Shown: piece by piece, positions 27,045 through 39,979 of the stretch
Layout of the letters: each line of letters opens with the position of its first letter
Numbering within the stretch: the first letter of the stretch is position 1
Source: Octopus sinensis
Taxonomy: Eukaryota
Direction of reading: 5' to 3'
Length of the DNA: 64,000 bases
NCBI RefSeq assembly: GCF_006345805.1
Contig: NC_043016.1
Location: forward strand, 17,794,001-17,858,000
The notes under the pieces: generated by a model
What the model saw: the letters and a program-made list of their open reading frames with translations, nothing else
Told to the model about the DNA's origin: nothing
The model's database searches: none
Made by a program: the position numbers and the translations under genes

Positions 27045-27798
27045 TATATTTCATTGTTTCATTTTTCATATATATTTAGACAATTCTGTGGTGCTTCTAT
27101 TTCCTAACTCCTTAAGCTGCTCCTACTACGTTTGCAAAACCAAAAAAAAAGATTTTGAAACTGTCTTTGCATATACTTTTACAATTTTTGATTACCATTG
27201 TACTCATTTGAGATGTTACCTTCGCATCGTAGATAATGGAATTGAATGAATATTTGTCCATAAGTGGATAATTCTCGTTAATTTTGAAATTACATTCGGT
27301 TTGAATTGTATTCTGGTTGTCTCTTCGGAGTTTGCTGAATATTATTCTCGCAACACACCTGCGGCTTACATTGATGTAGGTTTTATTAAATGATTTGCAG
27401 TATTTGTGAGTGGTTCATTGGTTGGGGAGCGCTGTCTGATTGGGATTAAGATTCTCCTCTTTACTTTAAATTCTACATATTTTGCTGAAGTGTCAGTTAA
27501 ACCAGATAATGAACTTCTTTCGCTTTAAATATTAGTGTTATGCTCACTTATGCACATATCCCTACACGTTCTTATACATACATACATACATACATACATA
27601 CATACATACATGCATGCATACATACATACATACATACATACATACATACATACATACATACATACATACATACATGCATGCATACATACATACATACATA
27701 AATACATACATACATACATACATACATACATACATACATACATACATACATACATACATACGCACATATACATAAATAAATACATACATACATATATA

Positions 27799-28402
27799 GG
27801 CGCAGGTGTGGCTGTGTGGTAAGTAGCTTGCTTACCAACCCACTGTGTGACAACTTGGGCAAGTGTCTTCTACTATAGCCTCGGGCCGACCGAAGCTTTG
27901 TGAGTTGATTTGGTAGACGGAAACTGAAAGAAGCCCGTCGTGTATATATATATATATATATATATATTTCTTTACTACCCACAAGGGGCTAAACACAGAG
28001 TGGACAAACAAGGACAGACAAACGGATTAAGTCGATTACATCAACCCCAGTGCGTAACTGGTTCTTAATTTATCGACCCCGAAAGGATGAAAGGCAAAGT
28101 CGACCTCGGCGGAATTTGAACCCAGAACGTAACGGCAGACGAAATACGGCTACGCATTTCACCCGGCGTGCTAACGTTTCTGCCAGCTGTGTATATATTT
28201 GTTTGTGTGTGTCCCCCAGCATCGCTCGACAACCGATGCTGGTGTGTTTACGTCCTCGAAACTTAGCGGTTCGGCAAAAGAGACCGAAAGAATAAGTACT
28301 AGGTTTACAAAGAATAAGTCCTGGGGTCGATTTGATCGACTAAAAGCGATGCTCCAGCATGGTCGCAGTCAAAATGACTGAAACAAGTAAAAGAGTAAAA
28401 GA
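27799..28402 (+). mobile_element. SINE family A with nested SINE B (-, 27965-28188)
   Basis: Insert lies in the internal (TA)n of family A. Confidence 0.9.
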
Positions 28403-28687
28403 GTATGCATATATATAACATATGTGTGTGCGTATGTTTGTGTGTGTGTATGTGAGTGTGCGTGTGTGTACATATATATGTGTGAACATGTGTATACACC
28501 CATACTACCAATGCAACCTCTCTATATATGTATACCCTCCCGTACACGTACATACCACTCCGTCTTTTCCACCTGTCTTAACTGCCCCCCCCCACCATAA
28601 AAACCGCATTACCTCCTGACCCTTGATCATTTTTATTTCTCTTTGTCACCTCCTAATTTCCTTCTTTATGTTTTACTCTTTCTCCTA

Positions 28688-28724
28688 TTTCTCCGATGAA
28701 GAACCAGCCTCCGAAACGTCAAAG
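28688..28724 (+). ncRNA. Degenerate minimal hammerhead motif in a PLE-like unit
   Basis: CCGATGA-AGAACCAGCCTCC-GAAA-CG-TC-AAAG, followed by the family motif aacgttaaactaatac; helices I and II are poor. Confidence 0.45.
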
Positions 28725-29020
28725 CTTTCCCTTCCTTTCAAACGTTAAACTAATACAATATTTGTTAAAGATTGACCCTCCTCTGTCGTCTTCATCCATT
28801 TATGCGTGTGTGTCTCTATATATATGTGTGTGTGTGTGTGTGTGTATAAATATACATACACACGCACATGTTTATATTTTATACATATATCAACTATGTA
28901 TGCCATATTATCTATATATATATACAACAGTTACATCGTCCATTTCAGAACAGCCACATTATGTTTGCAAATAGCATTTATATATATTTACACACACATA
29001 CATGTTCATACATATATGCA

Positions 29021-29061
<41 letters not shown>

Positions 29062-29667
29062 TGTGTCTTCGCGCTTTTCAGTAACTATATTATCAATGCG
29101 GGTGGGGGGATAGAAAAATATCAATTATAATTATGATACATTTGATGTTCGTGCCAGAAACCAGAAAGAGAAAAAAAAAAGCAAGATGGAAATTTGACAA
29201 ACTACAATCTGGAACTAAGAACTTTAATTTACCACCAGAGATTTAATTTATTTAGTCTTACCATGCCAATATCTAACAAAAACAACCGTACAAACACACA
29301 TACATATACATACATCTATGGATACGTACTCCTCTGATTCAAGCGCACATGTACGTACACATAAATAAATCAAAGAAGTCTCAATGCTTACAAACAGAAA
29401 CAAACGTCAAGCGTGCAGCATTAAAAAATACTATGATCAATAATATTCCCCAGCCGTTGATCTTTTTCATGTGACTGACGTATAAAGAGTGCATATCTAT
29501 CTACATGCGAGCGTGTCTATGTCTGCGCGTGTGTTTGTGCGAGATAATGTGTATGAGTATAAATATACTTGCGCACATACCATAGATTTATATGTAAAAA
29601 TTTTGATGCATAGATAACTCTCATACATATAGATACATGCAAACAACATATATTTATGTATATATAC

Positions 29668-29709
<42 letters not shown>

Positions 29710-29723
29710 ATATATATATAAAC

Positions 29724-29760
<37 letters not shown>

Positions 29761-29867
29761 ACATACATATGCATATACATATATACATTCATTCAACTAA
29801 AAGTTCAAGGCAATGCTCCAGCACAGCCGCAGTTTAATGACTGAAACACGTAAAAGATAAAAGAAAA

Positions 29868-29923
<56 letters not shown>

Positions 29924-30065
29924 TCACCTGAATATCTATTATATGTGTGTGTGTGTATAGACATATATATATAAATGCATATATACATATACATATTTAT
30001 ACATGTATATATATATATGTATACATATATATATATACAACACACACATATATATAAATATATGC

Positions 30066-30096
<31 letters not shown>

Positions 30097-30114
30097 AGTG
30101 TATTTATATATATT

Positions 30115-30640
30115 CTTTTCTTTTATCTGTTTTCTTGTTTCAATCATTAAATTGCGGCCGTGCTGGAGCATCGCCTTGAACTTTTAGTTGAATGAATCGG
30201 CCCCAATACTTGTTTTTTTTTAAGCCTGGTACTTATTCTATCGGTCTCTTTTGCCGAATTGCAAAATTACGGGAACGTAAAGACTCCAGCACCTCTTGTC
30301 AAGTGGTGGGAGTGACAAATACAGATATGAAAACACACACATGCGCACGTGTATATATATATATATATATATATATATTGGCCTGCTCGCCTAGCCAGCG
30401 GGGTGGCGTCATTTGAAGGCTAAAACAATGCGAAGCGCATTGTGACCAGCGATGTGTAGCAACATCTGATAGCCTTGTCGGTCACGGTGATCACGGGGAT
30501 ATATATATATAAACGACGGGCTTCTTTCAGTTCCGTCTCACAAGGCTTTTGTCGACTTGAAGCTAAAGAAGAAGATATTTGCCCAAGGTGCCACGCAGTG
30601 GGACTGAACCCGGAACCTTGTGGCCGGGAAGCAAGCTTCT
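30115..30640 (-). mobile_element. SINE family A with a tail-4 module (30379-30495, +) inserted in its internal (TA)n
   Basis: Family A segments on both sides of the module. Confidence 0.8.
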
Positions 30641-30765
30641 GGACGTATTTAGAGAGAGAGAAAAGGAAATAGACAAACAGAATAAGTCACACACAGATAC
30701 ATACATACACACGTACATACATACATATACATACACACGTACATACATACATGCATACATACATA

Positions 30766-31450
30766 CAATGCCGGTTCTAAGGTTAACTGACGCCCACGAA
30801 CAGCCTGAATTTCGGCGCCATTACAGGCGTTCTAATGTAGAATAATGGCGAAGGGAATGATTCAAACAGAACATCAAAATTTCAAATCCTTTCATTTGTA
30901 CATTTCTGGCAATGATCTCAATACATTTTTATGACTAAACTCTGAGTGAAGGATGTGTGGATTAGAGAAAGTCCGAAAGATGTTATTGATCCTTGTGTAC
31001 ATGAAACGAATTTTTCTCTTATGAATTAACGAATGTGAATAAAACAACAAATACTGAAAAACATACATTATCCTAAATAAAACACATTTTTTTTCTCGAC
31101 TTTAGATCTATAATGCTTTTATAGCCACTTTTTATACCTATCCTTTTTTTTGTTTACTACAATGTTATTTTCTATTGACAAAATTGCCAAAGACTTTAAT
31201 CTGTCTTGTGTCATGAACGATCGTAAATGTGTCTTTATGTGCGTTAGCTTACTAAAGCTTCTCTCTCTTGTGGCCACAGTTATAGGTGTCGTAAGCAACC
31301 CAGAGATTAGGTATGACATTTTGTAGCTTATTACTGCTGATAAATCTAACGGCTTCTGTTAGAAGCTTTACATCTCCAGGAAATAATTCTTTTTGCAATA
31401 TCTAGCTCAGTCAAGAGATCACATCCGCTAATATCACCTACGCAACATTT
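30766..31450 (-). pseudogene. 3' end of a hAT transposon (hATC dimerisation domain remnant)
   Basis: LLTTPITVATRERSFSKLTHIKTHLRSFMTQDRLKSLAILSIE; terminus CAATGCCGGTTCTA. Confidence 0.85.
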
Positions 31451-32079
31451 TAAAATAAGCTCGACTTCACTCGATCTATTTTCATGTTTCCTTTATATAT
31501 TTCATTTTTATTTCTTCTTTTTATATATTCCTTCCTTTGAAATATTTCGAAGTTATCAGACATATGACGTAGAACGTCCCTTGCACATACATTTATATAC
31601 ATGCGTGCATACAGACAGACAGGAAAGCAGGCAGGCAGGCAGGCAGGCAGGCAGGCAAGCAGCATTTACATATTCTATGTCAAAAAGAGGAATGAATACA
31701 GAACGATAACATCGGTGCAAACAGCGTTTGAAACCCGCATCTTATAACTCAAACAACACCCATTTAACAATAAAGGGAGAAAAGAGTATTTGCTAAATGT
31801 AAGCAGTAGTGAAAAATATTAGCATCTTGAGATTAGGCGAAGAATACTTGGATAGGTATTTTGAGTTTATAGTTGTCCTTCACCCAAAGATAATTGATCT
31901 GACTTACTTCAGCAGAAACTTAGCAAAGAAAAACACTCATCCCATTAGCAAAAATTTATGCGTCGTGTGAATATATCTTTCAAGCTATAGAATATCCAAA
32001 AGTAATTGACAAGGAGAGTAGCCTCTCTATGATATGTCATTGACACAAATGAAAAGATATGCTTTAGCTATTTAGGAAT

Positions 32080-32369
32080 GTTCCTTCTGAAGCCATGCCT
32101 GGCTCATAAGGGCCGGTTTCCCGGTTTCCAGGTTCCCCACCTGGACGGGACGCCGGTCCGTCGCAGGTGAGCTGCAAGATGCAGGAGAAAAGAGTGAGAG
32201 AAAGTTGTGGCGAAAGAGTCAGCAACAGTTCGCAATTGCCTTCTGCCGGAGCCGCGTGGAGCTTAGGTGTTTTCGCTCATAAACATGCACATCGCCTGGT
32301 CTGAGATTCGAACCTACGATCCCTCGACCGCGAGTCCGCTGCTCTAACCACTAGGCCATATGCCTCCAC
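32080..32369 (-). mobile_element. SINE family C, tail type 3
   Basis: 13-bp TSD GCTATTTAGGAAT (32067-32079 and 32370-32382). Confidence 0.9.
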
Positions 32370-33192
32370 GCTATTTAGGAATAGCAGGTAGCAACTAAAT
32401 AGCTGATCAATATATATATAAAGGCGACGAACTAGCAGAATCGTTATTGCACCGGTCAAAATGCTTCCAAAAGTCCACGTTTTGGTATAATAATATTGAT
32501 TATGGCAGACTAGCACGTGAGGTATCACCACATCCTCAGTAGTATTTCCGCATATATCCAGCAGACTCTACCTTCCTGTGAGAATGACCTTGTTGCTAGA
32601 ACCATTTTCAATGCTATCCGCAGGAACGATTGCCCTGACCGTCTTGCCAAACACGCATCAGAACGAAAATATATCCATACCTTTAAAATTAAGGAATACT
32701 GAATGTAGAACATTTCAGTAAAAGCAACAATCTGGCACAACAACAACAGACAACTTAGTTTTGTTTAATGGGGTAAGAGACCAAAATTCATGCACTGTCG
32801 TAAAGGTCAGCTGTCTTTTAGATGTGAAATTATATCATCTGAAATTATGGGTCGAATAAAAGAACAATTATGATAAACTGAGGTGAAGCTCTCACTTCTG
32901 ATGTGTACCTATCATCATCGATGCGCTAGGCTGTATAACAATATATTTTTTTATAAAAGTCTAGAAAAGAGTTTTCCAAGATGAAAAATAAAACTGACTC
33001 GCTTCCAACAAATCTAAACGTTTAGTGATATTGTGAATTTTGTAAAACATTCCAAAAGATTCCTCATTTGAGTTTCCTGAGAAGAACATACACATATTCA
33101 AAGATTGGCTGTGAAGTTCATGGACTGACCAAGATACTTTCGTGGAATATGTCCAGATGAGGTTTATTTTTCGATATAGTCCCATTTTGTCA

Positions 33193-33385
33193 GGCGGTGA
33201 GCTGGTAGAAATGTTAGCACACCGGACGAAATGCTTAGCGATATTTCGTCTGTCTTTACGTTCCGAGACAAATTCCGTCGAGGTCGACTATGTCTTTCAT
33301 CCTTTCGGGGTTTCTAAATTAAGTACCAGTTGCATACTAGGGGTCGATCTAATCGACTGGCCCCCTCCCTAAAAATTTCGGGCCT
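33193..33385 (+). mobile_element. SINE family B, older subfamily
   Basis: ggcggtgagctggtagaaatgttagca..ctttcatcctttcgggg. Confidence 0.85.
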
Positions 33386-33585
33386 TGTATAGTCGCCCTT
33401 TGTGGTTCATACACTTCTTCCATCGATGTTGCAGTCCTTGCATCTCATTGGTGATGAAGCTTTCATTCTGTTGGTCATATAAGTCATCAACAGTAGATAT
33501 GACATCATCGTCACTACAATTCTCTTTCCCAGACTAGCGCTTTATTATGTTGGAGAACAAAAGGTTAGTCAGATGGGGCCACATG
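33386..33585 (-). pseudogene. Mariner transposase C-terminal remnant
   Basis: APSD ... SDDDVISTVDDLYDQQNESFITNEMQGLQHRWKKCMNHKG. Confidence 0.75.
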
Positions 33586-33682
33586 GTCATACGGTATACA
33601 AACTCATATACACGTACATAAAAGAAATATTTTACACAAAAGAAATTATATGTGTGATAAGTATATCTGCACATTTACATGC

Positions 33683-34062
33683 ACAAGTGCTTGGCTGTGT
33701 GGTAAGTAGCTTGCTTCCTAACCACATGGTTCCGGGATCAGCCCCACTGCGTAGCACCTTGGGTAAGTGTCTTCTACTATAGCCTCGGGCCGACAAAAGC
33801 CTTGTGAGTGCATTTGGTAGATGGAAACTGAAAGAAACCCGTCATGTGTGTGTCTGTCTGTCTGTTTGTCTTTGTCCCCCACCATCGCTTGACAACCGGT
33901 TTTGGTGTGTTTACGCCCCCGTAACATAGCGGTTCGGCAAAAGAGACCGATAGAATAAGTACTAGGCTTACAAAGAATAAGTCCTGGGGTCGGTTTGTTC
34001 GACCAAAGGCGCTGCTCCAGCATGGCCGCAATCAAATGAGTGAAACAAATAAAAGAATAAAA
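33683..34062 (+). mobile_element. SINE family A
   Basis: Full family pattern. Confidence 0.9.
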
Positions 34063-34434
34063 TAATACATACATACATACGTACATACATACATACATAC
34101 ATGCATACATACATACATACATACATACATACATACATACATACATACATACATACATACATACATACATGCATGCATACAAATTTCTGCGACTGTTTTG
34201 ACTTAAAACAAGGAATCGTTGCTACTTCTTTAGAAACAGATAAAATTCTACAAGAACTTAAATCACATAGAAAAAAGAAAGTATATTTGATGAACACGTG
34301 TAACATTGATGAACATATACAACGTAATAGCAGCGATTAAAATCATGTGAAACACTACGTTTCATTTTTTATAGCATAAATATACATACACACACACACA
34401 CACACACACATACGTATATATATTTTTTTTCTTC

Positions 34435-34700
34435 CGACCAGACCATCAGATGTTGTTACACATCGCTGGTCACAATGCGTTCGCATTGTTTTAGCCTTTG
34501 AATGACGCCACCCCAGAAATAAGCGAGCAGGCCAACAGAAGAAAGAGTGAGAGAAAGAGTACAGCAGGGATCACCACCCCCTGCCGGAGCGTCGTGGAGC
34601 TTTTAGGTGTTTTCGCTCAATAAACACTCACAACGCCGGTCTGGAATCGAAACCGCGATCCTATGACCGCGAGTCCGCTGCCCTAATCACTGGGCCATTG
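34435..34700 (-). mobile_element. SINE family C, tail type 4
   Basis: Family C head and body joined to the ggcctgctcgc..catctgatggtctggtc tail. Confidence 0.85.
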
Positions 34701-34999
34701 TTTAAAAAAACACACACACACACACACATATATATATATGTGTGTGTTGTGTGTGTGTGTGTGTGGTTGTTTATACTTTATTGGTGATTCTTAAGGTACT
34801 TTTTAGACATTGGCGTCTTTTCCAATTCAGTATTTACATACTATTATTTATAGCTGTACGTGTGCTTCGAGATCCTCTATTCTAAACAATAATTATTTCA
34901 CACGTTCTCTCGAAATTTTATAAAATTCTTATAACGTCAGCAATATACATACATATATATGTGTGTGTGTGTGTGTGCATGTGTATGTGAGAGAGAGAG

Positions 35000-35035
<36 letters not shown>

Positions 35036-35052
35036 GATATATATCAAAGATA

Positions 35053-36198
35053 GACGTCAGGGAGTGGTGGCCAACGGAGCTACCTCCAAGGAAGCACAAA
35101 TGGCAAGTGGTGTTCCACAGGATACTGTCTTAGAGCCACAGCCCTAAAACAGTGTCCTGTCATAGTGGACCTTTCAGACATGCCCTCAGTTGCTCAGATA
35201 GCCACCTTTGCAGATGACACAAAAGTCTCTCAGACAATAAAAAATCCTGGAACTATTGCACATCAGCAATGAGAGTTGGATACAATATACAGGTGGGCTG
35301 AGAACAACAACTTACGATTTAATGCAGAAAAATTCCAAGCCCTACGCTACCAACACACAAAGCTAAACGACATGCAGACAGGATACACTGGCCCAGGAGG
35401 AATTGCAATCCCTGAATCAAAATCAGTGCGTAACCTGGACATTGACATCAGCAATGATGCATCATTGCAAGTGCATATTACCAATTCGGTAATAAAATGC
35501 AGACGGCTAACTGGATTGATCCTCCGAACTTTCAAAACATGAGAACAGGAGAGACATTGATGGTCCTTTGGAGGACATACGTCCTCTGCCGCTAGGACTA
35601 CTACTACCAACTATGGTTACTACACAGTATAAAAGTAACGGCGGAACTCGAAGCAATCTAACGAAGCTACACAAAGAAAATCTTCTCAATGCAACGTATC
35701 AACTACTGAGAAAGACTGAAAGAATTAAGACTCTTCTCCCAAGAACGAACGGGAAAGATATGCAGTGATATACATTTAGAAAATCCTGGGAAGCCTTGTA
35801 CCAAACTTTAGCATTGAAAGTTACTCAAACAGCTAAACGATGTGCCACTGCATAGTGACAAAGATTCCAGCATTGCCATCAAAATACAGGACCAGATACT
35901 TCAATAGCTTGGGTTTCAGGGGACCACAGCTCTTCAATATCCTTCCAAAATGCCTAAGAGACTTTCATGGTGTGAATGTAAGTCTCTTTAAAACAAAACT
36001 GGATCACTTCTTGTCAAAGTTTCCCGATGAGCCTACCTCACGACAGGAAACACAGATGGTGGCAGCGACATCAAACTCCCTCATTGACCAAATGTCACAT
36101 ATCAGAGGAGGTTTCAAATACTGATGTAGCTCAGTCAACGGTAGTGCCCCAGCTTGACTGCAGCTATGAAGCTGAGACATTTTAAAGATTTAAAGATT
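35053..36198 (+). mobile_element. 5'-truncated CR1-group LINE (degenerate RT and C-terminus, 3' hairpin, tail repeat)
   Basis: SGVPQDTVL, FADDTK, WAENNNLRFNAEKF, GPQLFNILP, FKTKLDHFL..PDEP; ends (TTTAAAGA)2. Confidence 0.9.
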
Positions 36199-36511
36199 GT
36201 ATTATAATGTAGTCCGTGACACGGTATAGGTATTTCTGAAAAAAGAAAATGACAGTATAGTAATAGCTTGGATTCCATTATGATTTGTTGATAAATAACA
36301 ACAATAACGAGAATAAAAGCAACAACAATGAACTATTTTATTTTGAATAATTGGAATTCACTTGAAGTCAAGAGAATCTTCAGATTGTCACAGAACTCTC
36401 TGCTACGACGGAAGAGTTTCTCCATATTCGTCAGCTTTACAAGTATAGCGGTCTAAATCATACCTTCCTGTCTAAAAAGAAGAAGAGGACATGAATAATA
36501 TGGTTCTAGCT

Positions 36512-37788
36512 TAGTGGTTCTCAAACAGGGCCCATATAAGATTTTGGGGTCCACTCAAGCCATGTAGTAAATCGGAAAGCATGGCAGTATTTCAAGGGCC
36601 CATAAAGAATATTTTACTTTCGATGTATCTATTGGGTTGTCTGGAAAGTTCGTGCCGATTGTTAAAGGCAAGAAACAGATCAATAAATACTTGCAATTAC
36701 ATTTTTAATCAACCAAATATGAACCATTTTGTTGCACATTGCGACTCCATCTTTCCTTTAACTTGAAAATACCCTCTTCTCAGAATTGAGGTGGTTTCAT
36801 GGCAAAGAATTCATCAAAGTATCTTTTTATGTCATCCAAGGAATTGAAATTTTTACCATTAAGACTATTCTGCTTAGACCTGAATAAATTGAAATCCGAA
36901 GGAGCAATATCTGGTGAATATGGAGGGTGGGGTAACACATCCCAGCCGAGCTGCAACAATTGTTGTCTGGTTCCCAAAGCATCAAGTGCCGAAAATGAAC
37001 TCTCTTATCTTCCATTTTAAAGGGTTACAGAATTAACAGAGGTTATAGGAACATAAACCTTCTTCCACAAAAAGATAGCTTAAACTGCTCTAAATGGAGG
37101 TGTAGTCAAATCCTATTTTATGGACTCAAACATGTTCTAAAATAACTCGAAAGATAAGCTACTATAAATCGGCACGAACTTTCCGGACAACCCAATATAT
37201 ATATAGATAGATGCGTTTATTGCAACAAACAGCAAGGTTTCTTTATCGAATGTTTTATGCATAGTTTAACGTGTTTTACATAGCTTCCAGCTACTAAAAC
37301 ATGTTCTCTCAGTGAGACCTATTGCAAACCTATACATAGCTGTACGGTAAGAAGCTTGCTTCCCAATCACATGGGTCCGGGTTCAGTCCCACTGCGTAGC
37401 ACCTTGGACAAGTGTCTTCTACTATAGCTTCAGGCCGATCAAAGCTTTGAGTGGATTTAGTAGACGAAACCGAAACAAGCCCGACGTATATATATGTATG
37501 TGTGTGGGGGGGGACGTGTCTACAAGACTTAAAAATAAGTCCTGGGAACGATTTCTTCGGCAAAAACACTTCATAGTGGTGCTCTAGCATGGCTGCAGTC
37601 AAACAATTGAAACAAGTAAAAGAATAAAAAAAATAATAAAGTCAATGTGTGAAAAACAAAATAGGTATTTTGTAAGAAGTGTCTATAAAACTAGTTTTTA
37701 AGCGTTGAATGGCAATGGAGGTCCATTAAAATAAAAAAAGTAACCAAATGGGTTGAAAGATTAAAAAATAAATGTTTCGGAACCACTG
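36512..37788 (+). mobile_element. hAT-like MITE hosting a mariner derivative and a SINE A (37337-37628)
   Basis: tagtggttctcaaac ... aaccactg termini. Confidence 0.65.
36632..37195 (-). mobile_element. Non-autonomous internally deleted mariner
   Basis: ~29-bp TIR TTGGGTTGTC(T/C)GGAAAGTTCGTGCCGATT, TA TSD; MEDKRVHFRHLMLWE joined to WDVLPHPPYSPDIAPSD. Confidence 0.95.
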
Positions 37789-38760
37789 TCCTTGATGCGT
37801 TGTTTAGTAAAACGATTTGTTGGTCGCAACCGGAACACTTTTGATCAACAATAATAATATCGGCAATTTAGCCGATCAGTATTGAACTGCTTTGAACAAC
37901 AGATTTGTGGATCACAGTTAGGTGTTTCGACTTCATGTCATGGACTGACTTGAGAAGAGTAACAATTGCTCAGTGGATCAATAGACATCAGAGATATGGT
38001 CAACAGATTAATAGATAAATAGATGTGGAAACAATATCACAGCTACTTGTTTCGCCGATCATCTACGTGTCATTAACAGTTGGTTGAGCAACCTTGATTG
38101 AGAAGTAATTGATTTAAGGATCACAACTGACCAACTACCAACGTAACTTAAAAGCATTCTGCGGATCAGATTTGATCTGAATTCAGCGACAATAGATCTC
38201 TGAGTCACACTTGGATCTAGTGTTTAAGGAACCAAACTATCTACCTCTCATAGATAATTGGTCGATCAGAAATGATCCGGGTTAAACAAAAGACCTGAGA
38301 GTTGCAGTTAGGTGATGGTTGGTGTTTAACCGACTAACCATGTCCGTAGCGTAGGTATTTGGTCGATCAGGTTTGAGCTGGGTTAAAAAAAACAGTATTG
38401 GTATTTCAGATGAGTATACACTGATTTTTAGCAGATTTAGTTAGAACTTTAGAGGTAATACCTCAAAGTATTTAGTTGTTTCGCTTTGCGGAACCCCACG
38501 CGGATCCATTTTGCATTTCTTCCTTACTGTATTGATGCAATCGGCTACGGACTAAAAGCCTTTGATACAGCATGGCCATAGTCCATTACATGAAACATGT
38601 AAAAGAACGAAAGAAAATGTGAGATTGTTCAGTTTACGTTAGCACATTCAGAGCTAGGATGCATAAAAAAAAAAAACCAGTTAGAAATTGTTATGTAGTG
38701 AGGAGAAAAACGTATAGTCATTAATTAATATTGTACTATTCTGGTATTTAGAGGAGACAC

Positions 38761-38802
38761 CTCCGGACATGTTTAAGATCTATTCTGACTTCATCAGCAG
38801 AG
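38761..38802 (-). ncRNA. Minimal type I hammerhead motif (GAAA mutated to TAAA)
   Basis: CTCTG-CTGATGA-AGTCAGAATAGATCT-TAAA-CATG-T-C-CGGAG: 5-bp helix I, palindromic CATG loop III, GUC site. Confidence 0.6.
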
Positions 38803-39155
38803 CTTATTCTTCATACACTGTAATTAAGAAAGCACTAATTAAATAATCATTCTATAGTCTTCTCTTTCTCTCCTTCTCTCTTTCTCTCATTCTTTGTATG
38901 AGTACGTGCACGCGTGGGTATATGTGCTTTAATTCAAGAAGTTGTGCAAACAAGTAAATGGAATACTCAGTACGAAATATGGCAAAAGAAATTTGGGTGT
39001 TTTGAAGGTGAAACCTTCACTAATTGTAGCTCCAAGATTCACTTTCTCAATTTTCTGATACATACACCGCGCACACACATGTAGATAGAGGAAGATAGAG
39101 GAAGAGAGACTGAAATGAAATACAGACAGACAGTTAGATAGATAGATAGATAGAT

Positions 39156-39208
<53 letters not shown>

Positions 39209-39312
39209 ATAGATAGATAGATATGATACAGACAGCCAGATAGATAGACAGCCAGCCAGAAAGACAGACAGACAGACAGGCTGACAGGCAGGTAGGCAGA
39301 CAGATAGATAAG

Positions 39313-39525
39313 TTTCTTTATGGCCACACAGGGCTGCACACAGATGGACAAGTTACAAGGTAGAGCTTTTCTTTTGGGGGATGAAGAGAACAAAAACAAA
39401 AGAAAAAACAGGGGTGGTGTAGGTTTTCGATCAAGAGGGATCGTAAAAGGAAGAAAAGAACAAAAACAAAAAAAATTGAATAAAAAAAGAATAAAAAGAA
39501 AAAAAAAGAAAAGAAAAGGAACAAA
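39313..39525 (-). mobile_element. LINE-like 3' UTR fragment inside (GATA)n
   Basis: Matches 41151-41464; minus-strand end gcagccctgtgtggcc-ataaagaaa. Confidence 0.7.
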
Positions 39526-39533
39526 AGATAGAT

Positions 39534-39598
<65 letters not shown>

Positions 39599-39979
39599 TA
39601 TAGATAATAGATAGATAGATAGATATATATATAATCAATTACAATAATACAATAAAACTGATTTTGAATCGAGGCTGCATTCTTCTTTTCTTGAAGAGTT
39701 GCTATGGCTAATGTTGCCTGGTTTCATTGTCACACATTATCTTTCACTAAAATTCAGAAATGAAATGACAATAAAACACTACAGAAGGTGTTGGGTGGCG
39801 TGCGGGTGATAGGTGTGGTATTGTTAAAGTATTGGTATAGCGAAGAAGGAGGAGGAGGAGTAGGAGGAGGAGGAGAAAAAGGGTGAAGGCGGGATTGTGA
39901 TAGAGAGGTAGTGAGAGATTAAATAGAAAGACAGAAAGTTATTATAGGTTGGTGTGTGTGTGTATTGAGGGTATATTAC

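Noticed and set aside
35276-36124. RT-like ORFs as a functional gene
   Set aside because: Stops, frameshifts and 5' truncation mark a dead LINE copy
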